A stretch of 63,581 bases of DNA, counting the filler, from Dugesia japonica (lineage: Eukaryota), in the NCBI GenBank assembly GCA_001938525.1. It is 6 parts of 6 records of this genome, joined end to end, with 100 filler letters (N's around TTAATTAATTAA, not from the genome) between each part and the next. Parts side by side here need not be neighbours in the genome. Positions count along the whole stretch, not along the records: positions 32,441 to 41,387 come from MQRL01451091.1; positions 41,488 to 52,886 come from MQRL01615380.1; 4 more parts are not named here. The stretch is one strand, 5' to 3'. The notes under the pieces are model-generated. The model saw only the letters and a program-made list of their open reading frames with translations. It had not been told where the DNA came from and did not search any database. This document shows positions 39,740-49,230 of the stretch, piece by piece (within the stretch, counting starts at the first letter, position 1; each line of letters starts with the position of its first letter). A program made the position numbers and the translations under genes.

Positions 39740-40999
39740 CGTAGTGTTCTTATTTTCTGCTTGATTTTCATTTGGAATCTGTTTTCGTTTTTTTATGATT
39801 TTCGCCCTTAATTTTTTAAAGTTATTCTGAAAATCCATCTTGTCGATTTCTGCATTTGCAATCAAAATATCTGCTTTCAAATTCATCCTTTTGCAAATCG
39901 AATTTCATAAGGTAAGACCTCCAATTCTTTCTTATTTGATGATCTTATACTTAGTTCAACAAAGAATTGCTTTAACACACGATTGTTATGTGACTTACAA
40001 AATGCATAAAATTTGTTTCTGACTATTCTAAATACGCATTCTATAGGCCCATTACCCTGATGATAATATGGTGCTGAAAATGATTGCTTTATTTGTAGTT
40101 GATTACACTATTCCTTCATTATTTCAGATTTAAATGGTGTTACGTTATCAGAATAAATTATCCTCGGAACTCCAAAGTACGCTATTCATCTTATAAATAT
40201 AATTTCCGTTACTGTCTTTTCAGAGATATTTTTTAATGATATTAACGCTGTATCTAGAAAAAACATCAATGATTCCTAAAATAATCCAGGAGCAGTGCTG
40301 TGATGTATTTGGTCTTTTTCAATTGAACATTTAAACTTTTATGATCTGTGCAAATAATAAGTTTTTCCCCCAATAAATAATGCTTGTAATTCTTCACAAA
40401 GTAATAAACTGGTATGAGTTCTTTTCTGATTATACAATAATTTTTTTTCGCTTTCAAAAACTTCTTAGATCCATAGCATATTACATTTTATTGGTTATCT
40501 TTTAAATTTGACTCAAAACTACTCCCATTGCAAAGTGACTAGCATATGTATCCATTACTAAAATATCATTCCTATTTGAGAACAATAAAATTGGATCTCT
40601 TGTNNNNNNNNNNNNNNNNNNNNNNNNNNNNNNNNNNNNNNNNNNNNNNNNNNNNNNNNNNNNNNNNNNNNNNNNNNNNGTGATGGCATCTCTTGACAAA
40701 TCTTCTAGAGATTTAAAGACTTTGGCATATTCCAAAATAAAATTTCTGTAATAATTGCAAAACCCTAAAAAACTTGATAATTCTTTATTTGTATTAAGAA
40801 TACTCTAATTGTTTACTGTACCACTTTTTCTGGATCAGTTGTTACTCCTTCACTTGATATTATGTGAACAAAATATTTTACTGAAGTTTTCATAAAAACG
40901 CATTTCTTGAGAGATAACCTAACTTCTGACTGCCATATCTTTTCTTACACCGTTTTCAATCGTTCATTGTGTTCCTCTAAGGTTTTCCCGAAAATCAAA
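39740..40999 (-). mobile_element. Degenerate Ty3/Gypsy pol (RT-RNase H-integrase fragments)
   Basis: LIFGKTLEEHNERL, DTYASHFAMGVVLSQ, RKELIPVYYFVKNYKHYLLG and FGVPRIIYSDN motifs. Confidence 0.88.
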
Positions 41000-41387
41000 A
41001 GTAGGTAGATAGTGGCGCCCTGGATCACCCCCTCCCCCCTGGACAAAGAACTTTTATAACAAATAGCATGAGTCATAAGTATGACTCATCGCTGACTAGA
41101 ACAAAGACCATGACTCATCGATGACTTATCGTTTTTCTAGATCAGGATGAGTCATACTTTGAAAATTTTTTCTATGTACATTTAAACAAAGCCAAAATTC
41201 TCTAGATCAGGGTGACTCATCATTTATCGAAAATTTTTCTATGTCCATTTAGTAAAAGAATAAAATTTTTATTTTTATTTTTATTTATTTTTTTTTTAAA
41301 TTTTTTTTTTTTAAAATTTTTCTTAAAATTTTTTTTTAAAAATTTTCTTTTCAAAATCTTCTTTTTTTTCTGAGCAGTTTTCACAAT
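41000..41387 (+). mobile_element. Polinton/Maverick-type terminus inserted in Gypsy RT, with an AP-1 site cluster
   Basis: Starts AGTAGGTAGATAGTGGCG exactly where the Gypsy RT breaks (at the residues following YxDD); runs to the contig end. Confidence 0.62.
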
Positions 41388-42354
41388 NNNNNNNNNNNNN
41401 NNNNNNNNNNNNNNNNNNNNNNNNNNNNNNNTTAATTAATTAANNNNNNNNNNNNNNNNNNNNNNNNNNNNNNNNNNNNNNNNNNNNTGTCATTTTCAAG
41501 TCTTCTTTCCTTTTTGACAGAGTTTTCGAAAAAAATTCAAAAGCATTCATTTTGTAAAAAGTGAATTTATTTTAAAACAGGATCTATTTATATAAACCCG
41601 GTAAAAATTATAACTGTTAAAATAAACATTAACAAATCATATCAATTATAGTAAATATTAACCAATAGAAAATCACNAATAACGAGTATGTGTGTATCGC
41701 AACTAGTATATAAGCAACGGTTTACTTGAAAGTAATCACTTTTACAACTCAAAAATACAAGAAAATCAATTCACTAAAGAAAACACGTCAACAATAATTG
41801 TGGAACTTGGAAAAATTACAGATTTCCATAATTACAAGGTTTTGCTTATGAGGACTTCAATTATTTATGACTTCAAAGTAATTATTTTTTATTTTATTAT
41901 AATTTTTTATTTTTTTTATAAACAAGTTTCAATAAAAAGATCCAAATTTAACTTGCTTTTATCTGGAATTTATGAGAATGATAGAAATATACTGGAAGCT
42001 ATGTTTGCAAGATTAAGCAGACAAATTGAAATCAATTAGGCTGTTTAAAGAACGAGATGAAAACAATTATGAAGACACCAGTCAATGGATGATTCAAATG
42101 GAGATTAAAGGCTTCAAGAAATCAATTAATTCGGTAGGAGTAATATGGAAAATCAAAAAAATTTCAAAGAAGATCTAAATTTGTTTACTTAAGGTTTACT
42201 TAGTGTTATTTTTAAAATTAAAAAAATATTTAAGAAAATAGTCTTGTTTATTTTATTTAAATTATAATTTTAAAATACAATATTTTAAAAAACTTAATAA
42301 AATAAAACTAAATAAATAAATAAAACAAAGACTAAGTAATAATACATTTATTTT

Positions 42355-42661
42355 TAATGACCGATAACAAAAGAATTGTTGTATTTCAGCAGTTCATACT
42401 AATGTTTCTCCATGGCAACTATACAATTAAACATTGCACACCCATTACAGTAAGGAGTGCAAAAATTGGCTGCTATAAACTCATTTACTACTGAGTCCAG
42501 AAACATTGGTTTCCTTTCTTCGTCTATTAATCCTCGTTTTTCTACAATATCTGTAAAATTTCTTAATTAAATTTTTAATAAAATTACAAAATAAAAGATA
42601 TTCAACCTGTCTTCATAAAATTCTCTTCAAATTCCTTTATTGTTGATTTTCTTTTAGTCAT
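42355..42661 (-). pseudogene. Small spliced Cys-containing ORF inside element B
   Basis: Exon 42607-42661 (MTKRKSTIKEFEENFMKT), 56-nt GT-AG intron 42551-42606, in-frame continuation DIVEKRGL...FCTPYCNGCAMFNC; first stop at ~42400. Confidence 0.55.
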
Positions 42662-42829
42662 TTTAATTTAATTTTACAAGAAAATAATAATGAAATGCAA
42701 TATATATATATATGTATAATAAAAAACCAAAACGTAATATATTAATTATTTGAAATTTAAATATGTAAATTTAAATTGATATTTTTTGTACTTGAATTCT
42801 ACTTGTTTTGCAATCATGTTGCGAAATTT

Positions 42830-43237
42830 CTAAATTTTGTCAAGCAAATTAAAGAAATCTAAAGTAGTTTTATTCACAAATTATTGAAAATGCAAATTTT
42901 TAAGCCCTAGTATTACTTGTTTTCTTGTTGAAGGATCATAAAGGATTACATAAAGGATCATAGTTTACAAGTCTTAAAGCAGGAAATAACTCCGGTTCGA
43001 ACCAACAGTTGACTATTCTTGCTAATTTATACAAACTTATTGAAACTCCCATATTTACGACAATTGTTAGCGATTGTAATTGTAAATTCTTTATACCATA
43101 GGTGTTCAAATCATACAGTTCCAATGGTTTTTTACAAGCCATTATTATACATTTTCCTGATCTGAAGAATATAATTGTATATTTGTCACTTTTGACTTGG
43201 AATTGACATGGTTTGCCTATAGGAAAGCTCATTTTCT
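42830..43237 (-). pseudogene. TATA-binding protein (TBP)-like gene carried by element B; 5'-truncated, one frameshift
   Basis: YTIIFFRSGKCIIMACK (cf. TALIFSSGKMVCTGAK), LQLQSLTIVVNMGVSISLYKLA (cf. [21 protein letters not shown]), FEPELFPAL (cf. YEPELFPGL) and, after the frameshift, STRKQVILGLK (cf. VSGKVVLTGAK): four TBP motifs in the correct order. Confidence 0.88.
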
Positions 43238-43606
43238 TTGTATCAGAAAACGAACAAAGAAAACGATTTCAATAATTTATTCACAAAAATATCGAGGCAT
43301 CGTAATGTTACTGTAATATTTATTACACAAAATCTATTTCATCAAGGAGACAGTCATAGAACCCGTAATTTAAACGTGCAATATTTAGTTCTATTCCAAA
43401 ATCCTAGGGTTCAAACTTTTGTTGATTTTCTATCAAGAAAAGCATATCTAAATAATAGACAATTTCTTATTGAATAGTTTTACGATGCAACGAAAATACC
43501 TCATGGATATCTATTTCTTGACTTTACACAACAATGTCCAGATGACTAAAGATTGAGAACAAATATATTCAATCCAAATAGTATCACAGCATTTAAACAA
43601 AATAGA
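43238..43606 (+). pseudogene. Packaging ATPase of element B, C-terminal half
   Basis: LFTKISRHRNVTVIFITQNLF...RTRNLNVQYLVLFQNPR...DATKIPHGYLFLD...RLRTNIF, the typical Maverick ATPase C-terminus. Confidence 0.9.
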
Positions 43607-43887
43607 TAAGTTTTCCTATTAAAAAATGACAAATTTAAAGAAATTTGTAGTTGACCAAGTAACTGATGGTGTTGTTAATTGCCAAAAAATATCTTTTGAG
43701 AAGAAAAAGTATGGAAAAAAGAAGAAACAATCGCATAAGAAACAACATGTAAATAAGAAGAAACGAGTAAATAAACAGAATGTTTTAAAAACTTACAAAA
43801 CGAAATGAAAAGAAGCTGAAAATGATGAACAGAAAAAAGATATTATTATAAATAAATAAATTATATGTATTAATTTAATAAATAAAG

Positions 43888-44210
43888 ATGAAATTACAAA
43901 GAAGTATTCCGTTTTATACAGCTTTGATTAAATAATGAAACCCTTTTAAAATGAGAATTTTCCAATCATTCCCACCATATTTTATAGATGATTTACTAGA
44001 AATTATTATAAATACTGTTTGCGGTATTGTAGATTTGAGTGCAGTCAAAAGACAAACATTGAAAAAACATTAAAAAAAACTTTATTAACGCTTGTAAACA
44101 CACAATATAGAAAATCAATGAGACGAGTAAGGAATAATCAAGAAGGTAGCTTTATAGCAACATTACTACCAATTGCATTGGCTGCATTAGGCTTAACTTA
44201 TTTCAAATAA
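43888..44210 (+). pseudogene. Small basic Maverick virion-core protein (QxGGFL-type C-terminus)
   Basis: FIDDLLEIIINTVCG...KTLLTLV...NQEGSFIATLLPIAL; paralogous copy at 55180-55495. Confidence 0.7.
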
Positions 44211-44319
44211 ACAATGGTTGACTTTAATATTAATAATTACAATAGAATTAACTCAGATGAGCAATGGGTGGATTGCAATCATTACCCAACTTTGACCGGA
44301 AATTTGCATCAAATTGTTG

Positions 44320-44640
44320 TAATGGAGACAAAAATGAAGACAATATAGACGGATCCAAAAAACCGATCAGGTTTTCAAGGCGTAGAAAAATTGATGAGAG
44401 CAGCTCAAAAAACAAAAACAAAGACCAAAAAGATGTTATCTGGTCATCTAGTGTACAGCCTAAACAAGTCAATGTTGAAAAGATTTCCAACAAGAGCATA
44501 TAAAGCATATAGTATTGATGATTTATGGTAAATGTATCTAATGGAAATGATCCATTATTATTATTCAAAGATTAATAAACTTTACAAGTATATTTTTGTC
44601 TTTTATCGTTTTATTCAATAGATTTACAAGACATGTTNNN
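44320..44640 (+). pseudogene. Maverick integrase N-terminal fragment (element B)
   Basis: DPKNRSGFQGVEKL...YSLNKSMLKRFPTRAYKAYSIDDLW; colinear with 55568-55816. Confidence 0.8.
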
Positions 44641-44750
44641 NNNNNNNNNNNNNNNNNNNNNNNNNNNNNNNNNNNNATGTAAAATAATATAAATACGAAA
44701 ACCAAGTTGAATATTAGCAACACTAATAACATATCAAGACGAAAACTCAG

Positions 44751-45835
44751 ATGAAATCAAATAATTTTTATACGCTTTTATCTAGTAATAGTAGTCCGCT
44801 AGTTCATCCAAATAATACTCCTAGTAATTAGATTGTTGAGCTTCAAAATCCAATTTTCATGAATGGTAGTTAAGAAGTTGCCATGATAGATTTCACCTTT
44901 GTATATTCAGCTATGCCGATTTACAATCAATCTAGGATTGTAAATGAATTATTTAAACTAATTGAGAAGGAACTAATAATTGTTGTTAACAATAAAGAAA
45001 AAAAGTTCTTTTAACTGTTACTAGTAAAGNNNNNNNNNNNNNNNNNNNNNNNNNNNNNNNNNNNNNNNNNAACGAAAATATGATATACTTTAGTAGTGAT
45101 ATTAAATTCCATAGTTTATCATTTGATATTTTAGAAAATTAGGAAAGATTTTCGTACAATAGAGTTTAAGTAATACAATTGGGTAATTTTGTAAATCTTG
45201 ATACTAGTAAATATATTGGTGATAAAACTTTTACTATTCGCTTTCATACTTTTAAAAACGATGATTCTGTTGAACAAATAAATATTAAATATTATTATGC
45301 AATTGTAACTAAACATTATTTTCAATTTGAAAACCGATTTGTATATAAAAGATATAAACCAACTAAATGATTATATTAAGAAAAGCCTTTCAATGTTATT
45401 TAAAACTTTTTCATTAAAGCAAGATGAACTATTTCAATTTACATTATCAAATAAAACTAAAAGTGTTAAATTCAATAAATTCTTAACCTAATAATTAGGA
45501 TTAAAAGAATCGCAATATACTCGATTACATATTAGTGATGAACAACTACAATATGAAAGTATCAAGAAACCTAGAATATTAAAGTGTTATAATGAAATGT
45601 TCATNNNNNNNNNNNNNNNNNNNNNNNNNNNNNNNNNNNNNNNNNNNNNNNNNNNNNNNNNNNNNNNNNNNNNNNNNNNNNNNNNNNNNNNNNNNNNNNN
45701 NNNNNNNNNNNNNNNNNNNTATTTTCTCATCATATATAAACAATATAGAAATCAATATACGTGATGATAGTGGAAAACAAATCAATTTTGCAGAAGACTC
45801 AAAAACTCATTTAAAGTTACATTTTAGAAAAATTA
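44751..45835 (+). pseudogene. Maverick minor capsid protein (penton), element B
   Basis: N-terminus NNFYTLLSSNSSPLVHPNNT...LQNPIFMNGS*EVAMIDF; C-terminus IEINIRDDSGKQINF...THLKLHFRK. Confidence 0.82.
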
Positions 45836-45837
45836 AT

Positions 45838-46255
45838 AAGCAGGTGGAGAATTATCTTACTTTCTTGGGAAATAGTATGAATCTGGTTGGTTATGAACCA
45901 TAGTGAGATTTTCTTTGCCTATTCTTAGACGTATTGGTTCTTTGGGTATGAAAACCGCTCAAGATTTACTAACTAATGATGGAAAAATACTACCTATATT
46001 AAAATCAAATGCATTAGCTGAACTATGAAATGTAGTTTCTTCCTTACATAGTGGAGGTACCAGTATGATCCCAAAAGTAGCAGGTATATTGCCAGAAAGT
46101 ATAACAAATAAAATACCATCTGAAATAACTAATATGCTAACAAATCAACCCAAAACAGAACCAACTAATAAAAAACGTTAACAATCACATGCATCACGTA
46201 TAAACCAACGAATGAGAGGACATGGAACAATATTTTAAAAATGATTTGCTCCAGA
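45838..46255 (+). pseudogene. Maverick core protein (GGxLxYFxG-type) followed by the first codons of MCP (ATG 46241)
   Basis: AGGELSYF..GK*YESGWL*TIVRFSLPILRRIG...RGHGTIF; the next ATG reads MICSR, matching IICSK of the MCP in element C. Confidence 0.7.
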
Positions 46256-47519
46256 TTTTGATATAAATCAGAGTCAATAACCTCAACTAGGAAATTTGAG
46301 ATTGGATATCAAGTTTGTCAAAGCTTTAACTTATGTTATAATTTATGGAATATTTGAAAAAGAAATTCAGATTAAAGAAAACGGAACAGTATTGGTGTAG
46401 GCAATTACAATAAAGTAAGAGTTATTGTTTAATTTATTGTTTTATTTATTAATTCTATTCAGATTGAATGGAGTGCATCAAAGTTACTTGGATCAGGATA
46501 TTTCAGTAAACAATGTCTTTATCGTCAATACTCATACATCAACTCTATGTGGAGAAAATTAGATAGCTGTTTAAAATAAAAGAAGCAACATTACAGATGA
46601 AATATTTTTTTGCATGTATTTGTATTATACAAAATATGTTTTATTGTCAAAAGGTCTTGTTCATTTTTTTTAATAATACTAAGAAAAAAAATTACTCTAT
46701 TTATTAAACTTGTTATTATTTTATATTATTTATTTAATTTTGTGAACATGTCATGAACATACCTTTTGCATGACTCTAGCATGAATTTACATTACTACCT
46801 CATATTATATGGTTACTATATAAATAAACCCTATATTACACGATTGGTATGTAAATAATATAAAGTAAGTATATAAATAATACAGTTATTAAACTATTTA
46901 CTAATATGTTTTTTATATAAATAACGCAGAAAAAAACAAAATTATTATTCAAATCTATTTATTAAACAATAAAACAAAATTAATAATTATATCAATTTCG
47001 ACTAAACAACTAAAATAACACAACGAATTTCAATAGAGTTACAACAATAAATTTAGTTCTCTTTCGGCTCTTCGATTCTTCCTTAATTTTGACGATGAAT
47101 ATTGATCGGACAATGAGTTCAACATAGTCATGTTTACTTAATAGATTATTGTCGATCCTGCTTATAAATTGAATTTCGTAATTTCATCTGCTAATTTTTT
47201 ATTTCTCTTTCCACTTAATTCATTTCGTCAACGGATCCATTGGTAATTACATCTGTATTTTTTTAATTTCTCGTTCGACTTGATTCATTTTGATAACTTC
47301 GAATTGTAGAAGTCACTTATTTTACGAAACCGACTGTTTATATACTTGCTGTGATACATACATACTCATTATTNNNNNNNNNNNNNNNNNNNNNNNNNNN
47401 NNNNNNNNNNNNNNNNNNNNNNNNNNNNNNNNNNNNNNNNNNNNNNNGTGAAATTGGTTTTAAATGATATAATTTGTTATCTAAAATCATATATTCATGA
47501 ACATGATAAGAGCATGCAC

Positions 47520-48720
47520 TTTGCATGGTGACTTCTTATTACATGGTTAATATATAAATAATATAATCATAAGCTATATAATACACGGTTGCTATGTAAA
47601 TAATACAAGGTATTTATGCAAAAAATATACTCATAAACTCTATAATACAGGGTTAATATGTAAGTAATACACCCCAAAATCCTATAATACATGGTTGCTA
47701 TGTAAATAATACAAGGTAACTATCCAAATAATACACATAATATACTCATAAACCCTATACTCATGAACCCTATGTAAATAATATACTCGTTAACTCTATA
47801 TAATCATAAAAATATTTTCTTATACGTTTTTAAATAGACTAATTAGTTATATATGAAAAGGTACCATGAATTTATGATTTTTATGAAAGATTGTCAGTAC
47901 ATATATGTTTTTTATGAAAAATTACCTCGTTAATATGATTTTCTTTAGAAAATTATCTCGCTTTTATAATTTATTTTGGAAAATTTCCTCACCAATATAT
48001 TTTATTTTTGAAAATTACCTCGATAATATTATCTATTTTGGAAAATTAACTCGCTAATGTTTTTTATAGAAGAATATCATAGCTAATATGTTTTATAGAA
48101 AAAGTTTTATTTTTTATCATTTTGTAAGAAAAGTTTTGATTTGAATATTTTATCAAGTAAAAATCACTAAGGCTTCCCTTTTTGAAGATTTTAATAGATA
48201 AATTTTATCATGTAAATATCTCAAATATGTTATCATGCTAATTAAATATAATTAATTTTAATTAACTTATTTAAATTTTATACTATCCAAAATCTTTGCA
48301 ATAATATCAAGACATCATAAAAAATTAATGCTGACCAACTCTTGCAAAAATATCAAGACTGTCCGGTATACTAGAAAATATAAAGACTATACCAATAGTT
48401 TTTAATAATTAATGCAATAGGAATGCAATATGAATGCTATACAGCAACACGTACCTGAGAATTTTTATGGATTTTTAAAAAGAAATTTAATAAATGCAAT
48501 AAGTATGCAACTCGGATGCAACACGAATCCAACCAACATACACTGAAAATCACGTGCCTGGGAATTTTAGACTGCCCCAATCTCATACAAAAAAATATCA
48601 AAACTGCTCCATCCCATGCAAAATATAGAGACTCCCATCATCCTATGCAAAACAAAGAGACTTCCCCATGCAAAATATTAAGACTTCTCCATCTCATACG
48701 TAAAAATAAAGTCTTCTGAA
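47520..48720. repeat. Degenerate subterminal tandem repeats of element B (three families)
   Basis: TAATACATGGTTGCTATGTAAA-like (47540-47800), GAAAATTACCTCG-like ~32 bp (47915-48110) and ATGCAAAA...AGACT-like (48295-48715). Confidence 0.6.
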
Positions 48721-49230
48721 AAGGAGTTTTAAATTCTTCATCAAAAAATAAATTTTAAATTTTCCGCCCAAAAATATTTTTAAATTTCCGGCAAAAAATC
48801 CCACCCCATAAGTTCTTTAAACAATGTATAGTCAATATTTTATTTCCAACACACCCATATCATAAAACTCCAAAATAATTATTTCCAAAATCTCCACACC
48901 TCCTTCGAGTCCATTTCAACACAAACACACACACTCTCACAAACACCAACTCAACTTAACCTACTTTAAATTAACCCCCTAAGCAACCCAAACACACAAA
49001 AATATTAAAAAAATTTCCATACACACACATTAAGGATAAAAAAACTGATCCAATCAAAAAAATGAACAGATCAAAAAACATTTATTTCGAAAATCTTAGG
49101 AAAAAAATACCCTAAAAAATACTGTAACAACCGTAAGAAGTTTCCGAGCCTTCCTTTCCCTGGGGGAGAGGAGGTATTCAAATTGAGCTAGTTTCAAATT
49201 GTGCTAGTTCGCCACTATCCCACTACTACT

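Larger units (their letters stand above)
41488..49230 (+). mobile_element. Polinton/Maverick element B (left end missing, several internal deletions)
   Basis: Ordered remnants of ATPase, core protein, integrase, penton, core protein and MCP start; subterminal repeats; terminus ...CGCCACTATCCCACTACTACT at 49230 abutting Gypsy RT. Confidence 0.85.

Noticed and set aside
41000-49230. Pairing the 41000 and 49230 ends as one Polinton
   Set aside because: They are separated by an artificial linker, similarity stops after ~18 nt, and the flanking hexamers differ (ATCAAA versus GGCATT)
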